42,685 bases of DNA from contig NC_068983.1 of NCBI RefSeq assembly GCF_001194135.2, positions 52,508,885-52,551,569 of the forward strand, read 5' to 3'. The stretch is from Octopus bimaculoides. Lineage: Eukaryota. Below are positions 24,889-36,450 of this stretch, in pieces (the first letter of the stretch is position 1; each line of letters starts with the position of its first letter). Both the position numbers and the translations under genes were made by a program. The notes beneath the pieces are model-generated. The model made no database searches and was not told where the DNA came from. It worked only from the letters and a program-made list of their open reading frames with translations.

Positions 24889-25596
24889 TTACAGAGACAA
24901 GACTTCTCTTAAAATCCTTGTTGTACCAAGAACTGCTGTCTTCCGCATGACTTTTAACCTTGCATCGATTCAGACTTTAGTTCCATAATCCTCGAAGATG
25001 TTCGATTTGCATCGCAATGCTCCGATCACCACTACATTCACTAAAACTTTATTCATCCTACACATCTTACCAGTCTCCTTCTTCAGTGACTCATATTTCT
25101 CCATTCTTTAACGCCTTTTACGTCTACTTTATTATCTCCAGGGACAGAAAAATCGATAATTTGGACCTGGGCCTATTTCTCTTTCTACTTGGCGCCTACA
25201 GTGTCTGGCCTTCTTGCCTCAATCATTCTATCACATTGAGCGGTAATGTCCCATAAAAGCTCGAATTTATCATTCTCTAAGACCCCTTCTGGTTCCTTCT
25301 CATACCAATTAACTTCTCTGAATAAAACCCACATTTCTCAGATGTCACTCAATAAATATATCTTGCAATATTATCATGTCATCTTCTGTACACTCGCTGT
25401 GCCATCTTGTAAGCACATTCGCTTACAAGATGACTGACCGTTTCTCCTTTTTTCCACATATTCTACATAATTGTGATTCTTTCATTTTGTCACCGTGATG
25501 TTTAATGTTGTTTGTTCGGAGAGCCAACTCATAAGCGCTGTATACCAGATCTTCAGTGCATCTTTTCAGAACGTCATTTCTAAGTCACGACTCAGC
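24889..25596 (-). mobile_element. R4/Dong-type LINE relic C: CCHC zinc knuckle and restriction-like endonuclease
   Basis: LKRCTEDLVYSAYELALRTNNIKHH...LCRICGKR/ETVSHLVSEC...HDNIARYI...WYEKEPEGVLENDKFELLWD...ARRPD...IIDFSVPGD...EKYESLKKE...VVVIGAL...TAVLGTTRILREVLSL*; CxxC-H-C knuckle and PD..D..KY motif; several stops and frameshifts. Confidence 0.9.
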
Positions 25597-25754
25597 AAAT
25601 TTGGCTGGGTCGTGACCCTAAAGGGTAACATCAGGTCAAAAGTAAGTAACTTCGATACACTAAAATCTGCTAACGCTACAACACCGAATAAATGCAAGAG
25701 AATAATAAAAAAATAAAGGAGGCGAAGGTGAAAATTATGCACGGGCAACACACT

Positions 25755-25897
25755 GGAGATAATTGGTAATTATTTTGTCGATGCCGAACGGATGAAAGGT
25801 AAAGTGAACCCAGGCGAAATATGAACTCAGAATGTAAAGACGGACGAAATACCTCTAAGCGTTTCGTCCGGTGTGTTACCGATTTTACCAGCTCACA
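25755..25897 (-). mobile_element. SINE family M, decayed
   Basis: ttggtaattattttgtcgatgccgaacggatgaaaggtaaagt...tgaactcagaatgtaaagacggacgaaatacc.ctaagc. Confidence 0.8.
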
Positions 25898-25924
25898 TTA
25901 TTATTATCATTATCATTATTTTTT

Positions 25925-26406
25925 GTTATGAAAGCCACTCGGATAGTTCTAAATCACCAGTTATTCTTTACTTGAAAGCAGGCAATAACAAATCATGGAA
26001 GGTTTCAAGTAGTACCTTCTCCTGTGACTCAAAGAGACAATAGTCTCCTTAGAATGCAAGCTGTACCCAACAATGCTGTCTTCTGGATCACCAGAGCCTA
26101 ACAGCAGCTCCAATATTCTTAATATGTTTTTCAAAGCCCTGTGAAACTACTCCCAATGCTCCAATTACCATCAGTATCCCCATTACTTACCTCATACCCC
26201 ATACCTTTCCTATCTTATTCCGCAGTGGCTGGTGTTTCTCAATCTTTTCTGTTTGTTTACATTTCACCCTTGAATCGCCTGGTATCACAACAGCTATTAT
26301 CTTTACTTCTTCATTTTTATGGATGAGCAAGATACGTGGTCGTCTCGCCTCTTTGACTTGGTCCACTGCATGTTAAGATCCCAGAGTATTTTGAAATGTC
26401 CTCCAT

Positions 26407-26448
<42 letters not shown>

Positions 26449-26683
26449 CACTANNNNNNNNNNCCTCTCTCTCTCTCTCCCTCTCTCTCTCTCCCTCTCT
26501 CTCTCTACCTCTCTCTCTCTCTCCCTCTCTCTCTCTCTGGCTTGTGTTCATACCATCTCTCGGCTCTCTCGAGGTTTGCTTTACCACAGAACAGCCAGTA
26601 TACACATCTGGTCACATTGTGCTGTCTTCTTTTATATTCGCGCTGTGCGAGCTTACAGCACTCACTAACAATATGCCGTATAC

Positions 26684-26685
<2 letters not shown>
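25925..26685 (-). mobile_element. R4/Dong-type LINE relic E (RLE domain), interrupted by an internal (GA)n
   Basis: HIVSECCKLAQREYK...WYEHKPE[(GA)n]NGGHFKILWD...EARRP...VVIPGDSRV..KQTEKIEKH...VIGALGVVS...QKTALLGTACILRRLLSL* (stop 26029-26031); 3' UTR ends at AAT-like repeats; 5' end abuts (AAT)n. Confidence 0.9.
26410..26538. repeat. (CT)n/(GA)n microsatellite with a 10-nt gap
   Basis: Read directly. Confidence 0.95.
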
Positions 26686-26722
<37 letters not shown>

Positions 26723-26726
26723 TATT

Positions 26727-27113
26727 GCCTTTGCACAGCTTCTAACGCTGGAGATGTACTAGTGTCAGCTGTTCACTATCAGGGAACTAATGTAACGCCT
26801 CTTATTTTTCGAGCACCTTCCGGAGTATTCGACTGTTTCCAAGCAGTACTATTTCCTGCAAGTGCTCCACCCTTATTGCAACCCCTCTTTGTTCCACGTA
26901 CTTCTCGAGATTTTTACTCACTGTTCCCAGGGCTCCGACAATTATTGGTACTACCGCTACCTTTTTCATCGACCACAACTGCTTAACTTCCCAAGCTAAC
27001 TTGTCATATCTCTCAACTTTTCTTTCTTCCTTATCGCATACCTTGTAGTCAGCTGGGCATGCTATATCTATGATCCAGCATAGTTTGTTTTCTTTCTCAA
27101 TTAAGACTATGTC
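26727..27113 (-). mobile_element. R4/Dong-type LINE subfamily B, 5'-truncated, open RLE frame
   Basis: 26802-27113 is an uninterrupted 103-codon frame plus stop: DIVLIEKENKLCWIIDIACPADYKVCDKEERKVERYDKLAWEVKQLWSMKKVAVVPIIVGALGTVSKNLEKYVEQRGVAIRVEHLQEIVLLGNSRILRKVLEK*; followed by a 75-nt 3' UTR and (AAT)n. Confidence 0.93.
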
Positions 27114-27117
27114 CTAT

Positions 27118-27233
27118 TTCTTCTTCTTCTTCTTCTTCTTCTTCTTCTTCTTCTTCTTCTTCTTCTTCTTCTTCTTCTTCTTCTTCTTCTTCTTCTTCTT
27201 CTTCTTCTTCTTCTTCTTCTTCTTCTTCTTCTT

Positions 27234-27292
<59 letters not shown>

Positions 27293-27318
27293 CATTATTA
27301 TCGTTATTATTATTATTA
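27118..27318. repeat. (TTC)39 followed by (ATT)n
   Basis: (TTC)n 27118-27234; (ATT)n about 27237-27318. Confidence 0.97.
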
Positions 27319-27319
27319 A

Positions 27320-27482
27320 GGCGCTGAGCTGATAGAATCGTTAGCGCGCTGGATGAAATGCTTAGAGGTATTTCACCCGTCGCTCTGTTTTGAGTTGAAA
27401 TTCCGCCGAGACCGACTTCGGGGTCGATAAATTAAGTACCAGTGAAATACTGTGGTCGTGCCTATAGTAGAAAGGATTATTA
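27320..27482 (+). mobile_element. SINE family M with an internal deletion
   Basis: ggcgctgagctgatagaatcgttagc head, gagttgaaattccgccgag B-box, cggggtcgataaattaagtaccag core, gcctatagtagaaaggattatt tail. Confidence 0.85.
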
Positions 27483-27484
27483 TT

Positions 27485-28540
27485 CACCTAGAATGTCGTC
27501 AGGCGCTCACAGCCCTCTACCAGTCGGACAATAGAATCGGCGGCTGTTTCGCTTTAGAAATTTACAAAGGATTAGCGGTGAGGAAGTGCGAAGACGTTCT
27601 CGGAGAGATTCTGGGCCCTAACGAGAACGAACTGGTTAATCTTTTCCGGAGGTCTTTCCGGAGGTCTTTCTGGAGGTCTTTTCGGAGGTCTTTCCGGTGT
27701 GGAACTATCATGGATAAATTCCAGATGTCCTTGGCCTGGCAGTGCTACCGGAGGGCGTTACCGTTTCGAGATAAACTATACGGGCATGGATGTGAAGTCA
27801 GACGGTCTTGTACGTGGTGCACGCAGAGTGACGAAACCGTTTTGCACACCCTTGTTCAGTGTCTGGACATTGCTGACTTGTGAGGTTATGGTGAACAGCT
27901 GCTGCCACGTGTGGGATGGATCAGTCTGTCGGCCGAATCTGTAGTGATGATGGCACCACCACCCTTCTTCAGTCGGGCAGGCAAGGCAGTTTTCCTTTGC
28001 CTGGTGGCTGTGGTGAAAGAGGTTGTTTGGTGGACAAGGCTGAAAGGCATGAGGACAGACACATTGCTCTTTGGCTGATCTCTCACTAAATTCTTCAAGT
28101 TTCACTTGAAAAGGACGTTGAGTGTAGAGAGGAAAGTTCTGTCCTCGAGTGAGTTTATTCAAAGGTGGATGAAAGTTGCGAAAATGGCAAGAGTGGATGG
28201 TACCTTTCTAAGTGTTGACCTGTGAGTTAGAGAGAAGGAATTGGAGAAGGCATTTGCTGCTGGGATTTCATGGAAATCTCGAACAGTGGGATTCCTCGAT
28301 TATCCCTAGAGGCCTTCCTGTAACAGGAGGGCCACATCTTTATCATCTGCTCTACCCTTCTTCCTTTAAACCTTTGTATGCTATGCATAAGTCTCTTCTT
28401 TTTCAGTGTATACCGTCTATACCTACTTATTTTCTTTCACTTTTTTTTATCATTTCACTATGTGTAAACCCCAAAACTTCTGTCATTGTATTGTATTGGC
28501 CCCTCCAGTCTTCGCCCTTGTAGAAAATAAATGAAACCAT
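27485..28540 (+). mobile_element. L1/Tx1-type LINE 3' end with C-terminal zinc-finger (zf-RVT-like) region
   Basis: Single frame ...AWQCYRRALPFRDKLYGHG...CTWCTQSDETVLHTLVQC...LVAVVKEVVWWTRLK...RW...DL*, matching W....LP....L...G...CxxC...ETxxH...C. Premature stops at 27881 and 28076, terminal stop 28223-28225; pyrimidine-rich 3' UTR; AATAAA at 28526. Confidence 0.88.
27644..27697 (+). repeat. 12-bp in-frame tandem repeat (ttccggaggtct x4.5; FRRS)
   Basis: Units start at 27644, 27656, 27668 and 27680, then a partial unit. Confidence 0.95.
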
Positions 28541-28554
28541 CATCATTATCATTA

Positions 28555-28645
<91 letters not shown>

Positions 28646-28663
28646 TATTATTATTATCTTTCA

Positions 28664-28735
<72 letters not shown>

Positions 28736-28742
28736 CATTATC
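28541..28742. repeat. (ATT)n/(ATC)n microsatellite
   Basis: Read directly. Confidence 0.97.
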
Positions 28743-30037
28743 ATGTGGATTGGAAGTGACAAAAATAAATCGATAACATTTTTGCTTGTGTTGCATAACT
28801 GCGTTGCTCCCCCATTCAACAAAGTATTTCTTGAGCATAATTTTTAACGTGATGATACATTAGGACTCAAATAGATAGCAGTTAGTTACACGTACTGACT
28901 TGAAAGTGAATGCAATCACAAAAAGGTAAATAGCTCTTTCATTACAACATATTCTGAACTCATCAGGATGTTCTCATATGAGAGAAGCGGTAGTGAAAGT
29001 GGGGAGAAAATTATGCTGGAAGCAATCCAATTTAATTTTCTGGCTGAATATTGAATGGGGGGCCTTTATCATATCAGTATAAGTTTAATGGAAGCATGGG
29101 AGTGGAATAGAAAACGAGAAGGTTGTAATCATTGTTGATAGCAGAGGATTACGCTTTTACATAATGGAAATATTCTACGAGGTACGATAATTTTAATCCA
29201 GAGGCTCTCCGCTATATTATTTATAAAAAATGAACCGGAAATTACTGGATATGATTTAGTCAAAATATTTTATTTATTTATTTGTTTATTGTAAATTATT
29301 TATCTATTTTTGTACAAAAGATTTTGGTTCCATTATAAACTATTATTGAACATATCTATCATTAACTCCACATAAAATCTCGTCCTGCTAAAATATTCTT
29401 GAGGGAATGTCTAATATTACCATACTATGCTATACGTGTTAAACCTACCATAAATATTCCTATACTTTACCTTTGTGGCTTTACAATTATTGGATTTGAA
29501 ACCTTAAAATCTTGTAATATCTCAAAAGGCTACGACAAATAATAATTTGAGCACTGCTCACACTACTCAATAAATCTTATAACATTTATTGTTTTTTTTT
29601 CTTTTTGTTGTTGTTGCTGTTGCTTTTTTTCCCTCGCTATGGTTTCTCTGTGGTAGGGATACGATAAAATAGTTGATAAGTTTGTCATACTAAAACCCTA
29701 AAGAACACTTCTCCTTTCTTGAAAATTATGATTTTCAAACATCCGTACCCACCACAATATTGCATCAGGTTACTTTTTTTCATTATTGAAGCCGTGTAGT
29801 TCCTCTCAGGTGTTGCTTCACTGCTTCACAAATAAAATAATCCATATATACACATATATACATACATACACACCTATTTATATTTTATATATATATACGT
29901 ATAAATATATGTAATTATATACACATACACACAAACACACACATATGTATATATGTATATATATATATATAATTACATATATGTGTGTGTGTGTATGTGT
30001 GTGAGCGTGTGTGTGTGTGTGTGCGTGTGCGTGTGTG

Positions 30038-30087
<50 letters not shown>

Positions 30088-30242
30088 NNNNNNNNNNNNN
30101 NNNNNNNNNNNNNNNNNNNNNNNNNNNNNNNNNNNNNNNNNNNNNNNNNNNNNNNNNNNNNNNNNNNNNNNNNNNNNNNNNNNNNNNCATATATATATAG
30201 GGAGAGAGATACATTCAAATATAGTGAGAGAGAGGAAGGGAA

Positions 30243-30313
<71 letters not shown>
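30243..30313. repeat. (GATA)n microsatellite
   Basis: Read directly. Confidence 0.97.
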
Positions 30314-31143
30314 CTCAAAGAAATTGGCAGAGAGAGCGGCGCCGATTAAGCAAGAAATATGTATTAGACAAAAACATTAATATTCCAGATTTGGGAAAGT
30401 GGACAATATAGAAATTTTTGAATAAAATATACATCGTGTCGTCAAAATGTGATGTGTATAATTTTGACAAATGCAGTCAGGACTATCATTTTACAGTGCA
30501 ATAGCTGTATCGCTTGTGTATGTTAATATGTAATTTATAACTTGGATATATCAAATGATAAAAGAGAGATTATATAATTTTTTTTCCTGGAAAAATATAC
30601 TTATCTACTAATCTCTTTGTTCTGATCGAACATCAAGCAGATGATTAAAAACCGTTTCTTTAACTCTCCAGAGAGATCATAGAACATTGCAGCAAATTTT
30701 AGTGGTGTATGCACAAAAGTGATTTATGTCATAGTATATTGATTGCTCGATTAGCTGCTCAAAATTACGATACTTATGTCATTCCATTGTATCACAGTTC
30801 TCTGTAATACTTTTAATAATGGATGTGATTTCTTAGTTTCAAGTTTAAAGTAATGTGTTAAATAAAATAAAAGACGTGTACATCTGCCTTGTTATTTCCG
30901 ATTACAAAGACGCCAGAAATAAAAATAATAAAACTAATAAAAAACAAAACGCTCACTAAATATGATTAAACGTTTGATAGTGTTTTAATGTGACATCTTA
31001 AAAGTTCAGAGAGGGTTTCGTTCGGTTGTTATGTTTGATAGTGAAAAATTAGTTCAAGAGTTCTAAAACTTAAAAAATAAAATGAAAATAATGTATCAAG
31101 TAAATAATTCAAAAAGTTATGAAAAAAATATTATAGATCTCAC

Positions 31144-31167
31144 TAATAATAATAATAATAATAACAA

Positions 31168-31257
<90 letters not shown>

Positions 31258-31271
31258 CATAATAATAATAA

Positions 31272-31329
<58 letters not shown>
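31144..31329. repeat. (AAT)n microsatellite
   Basis: Read directly. Confidence 0.97.
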
Positions 31330-31332
<3 letters not shown>

Positions 31333-31693
31333 TCAATACCAGCAGATGACAACGTTTCTCTAAAAGAAATGGAAAAACTTTCAAAATACAAGGACCTGGA
31401 AATAGAGATAACTCGAATGTGGAATCTAAAGACAGAAACATTTCCTATCATAGTAGGTGCCTTAGGTATAATAAAAAAATAATCAGACAAATACATAACA
31501 AAAACACCAGGACTTACAAATATATATAACATACAGAAAATTGCACTACTGGGTACTGCACACATTCTACGCAAAACACTTTCAATACAGTAAACATAAG
31601 AGCACCACAGCAAACCACAGCACATACCCAAGGCGCACAGAGCTGCGCTCGGTAGTGAAGTGAAAGCACGTTATAAAAATAAAACTACTGAAC
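31330..31693 (+). mobile_element. R4/Dong-type LINE subfamily A, 5'-truncated (RLE C-terminus and 3' UTR)
   Basis: ISIPADDNVSLKEMEKLSKYKDLEIEITRMWNLKTETFPIIVGALGIIKK*SDKYITKTPGLTNIYNIQKIALLGTAHILRKTLSIQ* (31330-31593; one premature stop at 31480); (AAT)n on both sides. Confidence 0.93.
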
Positions 31694-31703
31694 AATAATA
31701 ATG

Positions 31704-31766
<63 letters not shown>

Positions 31767-32070
31767 GGCTCGGGCGTGGTTGTATGGTAAGAAGCTTGCT
31801 TCCCAACCACATGGTTCCTGGTTCAGTCCCCCTGTGTGGCACCTTGGGCGAGTGTCTTCTACTATAGCCTCGGGCTAATTGATATATGCATATTGGTTTG
31901 TCTGTGTTTGTCCTCCCACCGATATTGGTGTGTATACTTCCCCGTAACATAGCGGTTCGGTGAACGATAGAATAAGTTCTAGGCTTAGAAAGAATAAGTC
32001 CTGGCGGTCGATTTATGCGTCTAAAGAAGGCGCTCCAGCATGACCGCAGTCAAATGACTGTAACAAGAAT
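31767..32070 (+). mobile_element. OR-type SINE with an internal deletion
   Basis: gggcgtggttgtatggtaagaagcttgcttcccaaccacatggttcctggttcagtccc head through gcgctccagcatgaccgcagtcaaatgactg tail; (AAT)n on both sides. Confidence 0.88.
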
Positions 32071-32088
32071 AAAATAATAATAATAGTC

Positions 32089-32136
<48 letters not shown>

Positions 32137-32141
32137 TTAAA

Positions 32142-32405
32142 ATAACTGTAGATAAGGAAAAGCAAAGCTGTTTACTTATCGACCCGTCATGCCCGTTTGA
32201 TTCCAGGATCGTAAAGAAAGAGGAAGAAGAAAATACAATCCTTTAGAATTTGAAATTGAAAGAATGTGGAGCATGAGAATTGTAAAGGTCGAGCGTATAA
32301 CAATTGGTGCGTTGGGGAAGGTAAGCAAAGATAGAGATCAAAGTGGCTGCAGGAGACTGGAACAGAATGTCCGTTACAAAAATAGAAACAAAATTGAAAG
32401 AAGAG
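32142..32405 (+). mobile_element. R4/Dong-type LINE relic D (RLE fragment)
   Basis: ITVDKESK/CLLIDPSCPFDSRIVKKEEE/KYNPLEFEIERMWSMRIVKVERITIGALGKVSKD/WLQETGTECPLQK, with frameshifts; (AAT)n 5' and AAT-like repeats 3'. Confidence 0.85.
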
Positions 32406-33239
32406 GATAATGGTAATAGTGATAATAATAATAACAATCTTGAAGCAGATTTACGTAACATGTAATCTGACTGAAGAGTTGTTATCTGATCATCATAGAT
32501 AATCGTTAACACTTTGTGAAGTGTTACACAAGCGCTAATGATAAAGCAAGTACTTTTACGGTGACGTCATCATTATAAAGATACAAAGCATTGTTGGTTT
32601 CAGTAATACAATTTGTAATTTAATACACTCGCTAACCATCCGTCCTAATACAGGCAGTTGTCTTCATATAAACGGGATAGGTGGTTGTTTATAGATACAT
32701 ATCTATTACTTTCCAGTTATCTCTACAGATTTTCTATAGAGATTTAGAGCCAGCATTGAAAATTACTTCGTTTCGTATTCACAAATGATTAAGTAAATAA
32801 TGTGATCGAAGACAGAAAAATAGGTGATAAGTGTATATACACATTTCAGGACTTGTTGCAGTATCACATGCAACGAACACATTACATAAATAATCTCTGC
32901 CTTTAACGGTGTAACACTATTGGATAGACGAATTTACATATTAACCACATTAAGCACATTGCTGGCAACTGGTAGGTGCATATATATTACTGGTCGAGAC
33001 AGCGATTTTTCGTTTTGCTGGCATAATATACTGCCATCATTAAAATTATTTTGAATTATTGACAATCCCTATTAATTAAGATATATTTACTATTTTGTCA
33101 TACTATTGAATTTAAATGTATATAAGTCGATGGTGTCCTGTCTCGTGTGTTAGCAACAACATTCATCACTTTTGAGTTATTTCTAAGTAGAGAAATTACA
33201 TATATCTACATATATCTACATTTATGTATATATGTACTT

Positions 33240-33288
<49 letters not shown>

Positions 33289-33574
33289 GTGTGAGTGTGT
33301 GTGTGTGTAAAAAGTTGAAGAGGAACACATGAATAGATATATATATGGAAAAAAAACAAGGTAGAAAATGCTAAAATATTTTATAAAAAACATTTCAGTA
33401 CCGGTTTCTATCCTTGAGATCTTTTCAAGTGTAAATATGGATAACAAATTTTGGAAGAATTAAATTTTGTCAAATTTAAGTGGAAAGTCTTTTTAAAAAC
33501 ATAATTGTATAGTATTCAAATACCATGGGGATTTTCCTTGTTTCTGTCTGTCTCTGTTTTTCGTGTTAACTCTT

Positions 33575-33690
33575 GGGGATAAATCGATTACCACTAACAT
33601 AGGGTGCTCGACGGATTTTGAACTTAGAACCGGGTGAAATGCTGATGTGCATTTTGCCCGGCATGCTAACGACTCTACCAGCTGATCATC
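33575..33690 (-). mobile_element. SINE family M remnant
   Basis: ttttgaacttagaac...tgcattttgcccggcatgctaacgactctaccagct is the reversed head. Confidence 0.65.
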
Positions 33691-33752
33691 TTTGTTATTT
33701 GTATTCATATTAACACAGAAAAAAGATAAATGTGTATGTCTCTGTGTCTGTA

Positions 33753-33791
<39 letters not shown>

Positions 33792-33849
33792 TCACACACA
33801 TACACATGCACACACATACACACACATACACATATGTATGTATCCATAT

Positions 33850-34016
33850 ATGTATATTTTCACGTATGTATGTATCCATGTACGTACATGCGTACGTATA
33901 TACGTATATATGTGTATTAAGTATGTGTATCTTCGTCAATCTATACATGTATATTTTCACGTATGTATGCATCGACGTACGTATATACATACATATGTGT
34001 ATCTTCGTCAATCTCT
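33850..34016. repeat. Imperfect local duplication in (TA/CA/CGTA)-rich DNA
   Basis: atgtatattttcacgtatgtatg and tatgtgtatcttcgtcaatct each occur twice. Confidence 0.8.
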
Positions 34017-34551
34017 AGTGAATACAACCAAAAAACATTTAAACCTCTGAGATTTTCCAAGTTTTTTCACTGATTATCATTCAAGCCATCCTAGTGTACG
34101 TCTCAATGTTTTTTATCTTTTTTTCTAGTGGATTCCTATTAACTTGTATTTATTCGTATTTTCGTTGCATTAGTGTACATTTACATTTATTGGTTTACAT
34201 TCTTGTTGTTATGTGTTTGCGCTAATTTCTTATTATATTTCAATTTGATTTCATTGACTGCCTGCAAATGAAATATTTCTGTTGATCGATCGAAATTTTT
34301 TATGTCTGCGCTTTTGTTCATCCGTTCAGAGCAACATAAGGAAATGACTACCCATACGACGTATTCGTTGATATTTCGATAATACATACGACGCGTACAT
34401 CTACTGAGCTGTGTATATATATGTATATGTATATGTATATATATATATATTTGTCAGTGTGTGTACATGTATATTTATGTATATATGTTCGTGTATATAT
34501 ATTTATATATCTGTGTGTTTGTGTGCGTTTTATTTTCTTTTATTCTTTTTC

Positions 34552-34745
34552 TTGTTTCATTCGTGTGACTGTGGCCATGCTGGAACACCCCCTTTAGTCG
34601 AACAAATCGACCCCAGGACTTATACTTTGTGAGGGAAGTTTTTATTCTATCGTCCCTTTTGCCGAACTGTTAAGTTACGGGGACGTAAACACACCAATAT
34701 CGGTTGTCAAGTGATGGTTGGGGGACAAGCACAGACTAACAAATG
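34552..34745 (-). mobile_element. OR-type SINE, 3' half
   Basis: gactgtggccatgctggaacacc...gtcgaacaaatcgaccccaggactta...gttacggggacgtaaacacacca...gggggacaa is the reverse complement of 38056-38236. Confidence 0.88.
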
Positions 34746-34759
34746 CATACATACATACA

Positions 34760-34795
<36 letters not shown>

Positions 34796-36450
34796 GATGT
34801 CCTCCTGGGGCTAAAAGCAACAGTAACATCCACCCCTAGGGGTCAGCCACACTTAAGTGGCAATATACTACACTTTATCGTGCAGTTACTGTTAATACTT
34901 CATTTAGAGAATTAACATTGCTATANNNNNNNNNNNNNNNNNNNNNNNNNNNNNNNNNNNNNNNNNNNNNNNNNNNNNNNNNNNNNNNNNNNNNNNNNNN
35001 NNNNNNNNNNNNNNNNNNNNNNNNNNNNNNNNNNNNNNNNNNNNNNNNNNNNNNNNNNNNNNNNNNNNNNNNNNNNNNNNNNNNNNNNNNNNNNNNNNNN
35101 NNNNNNNNNNNNNNNNNNNNNNNNNNNNNNNNNNNNNNNNNNNNNNNNNNNNNNNNNNNNNNNNNNNNNNNNNNNNNNNNNNNNNNNNNNNNNNNNNNNN
35201 NNNNNNNNNNNNNNNNNNNNNNNNNNNNNNNNNNNNNNNNNNNNNNNNNNNNNNNNNNNNNNNNNNNNNNNNNNNNNNNNNNNNNNNNNNNNNNNNNNNN
35301 NNNNNNNNNNNNNNNNNNNNNNNNNNNNNNNNNNNNNNNNNNNNNNNNNNNNNNNNNNNNNNNNNNNNNNNNNNNNNNNNNNNNNNNNNNNNNNNNNNNN
35401 NNNNNNNNNNNNNNNNNNNNNNNNNNNNNNNNNNNNNNNNNNNNNNNNNNNNNNNNNNNNNNNNNNNNNNNNNNNNNNNNNNNNNNNNNNNNNNNNNNNN
35501 NNNNNNNNNNNNNNNNNNNNNNNNNNNNNNNNNNNNNNNNNNNNNNNNNNNNNNNNNNNNNNNNNNNNNNNNNNNNNNNNNNNNNNNNNNNNNNNNNNNN
35601 NNNNNNNNNNNNNNNNNNNNNNNNNNNNNNNNNNNNNNNNNNNNNNNNNNNNNNNNNNNNNNNNNNNNNNNNNNNNNNNNNNNNNNNNNNNNNNNNNNNN
35701 NNNNNNNNNNNNNNNNNNNNNTATATATATATATATAAATATATAAACATATATATATATATACATACATTTATATTCATATACATGCATATATATATAT
35801 ATATATACATATATACACATATACATATATATATATATATATATACATACATATACACACACACTTACACACTCAAACATACGCATACATAGATACATTT
35901 CTAATACGTACGTACGTGTGTGTGTGTGAGAGTTTGTATGTGTCTGTGTGTGTGTGTATGTGTGTGTCTGTGTGTGTGTGTGTGTGTGTGCAAGAGCTCT
36001 CAATTTATCATATATGCATAGCTGTCTTCGCAGCATTATAGGCCTTCGGGTAAATCGGTGCACTGGGTCTTACAGGATTTATTTATAAAGAGTAAGTCAC
36101 TGTTTTCGTACATCAGAATGGGACAGCTAGAGGCGTGATTCCCCCGACTACCTGCACAGTGAGGCCATGTCTTAAGGCAACACTGTATATATACACAAGC
36201 TCGTGTGAGTTTGTGAAATGAACGCATATATACTTATATCTATTCATCTATCTAGGTAACTCTCCAAATATATATATACATATATCATAGTAAATACACA
36301 ACTGAAAGTGCTTCTAATAGTTTCATGCTTTTATGATACTTGAACAGGCATATTAATAAAATGCGCCATGTATCTTAAAGCAATTTTACAAGCTCTGTTT
36401 GTGTGTTATATGTTTTAACAAAAAAGGACGCTGGACAGTAAGAAAATAAG

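Noticed and set aside
25604-25617. 14-bp match gctgggtcgtgacc with the reverse complement of 8249-8262
   Set aside because: A few matches of this length are expected by chance in a window this size, and the flanks are unrelated.
27452-27883. 143-aa ORF as a host zinc-finger gene
   Set aside because: Explained as the C-terminus of a Tx1/L1 ORF2; the frame continues past two stops, and its start lies in a SINE tail.
32561-32568. TGACGTCA CRE site
   Set aside because: An isolated 8-mer with no promoter context is expected by chance.
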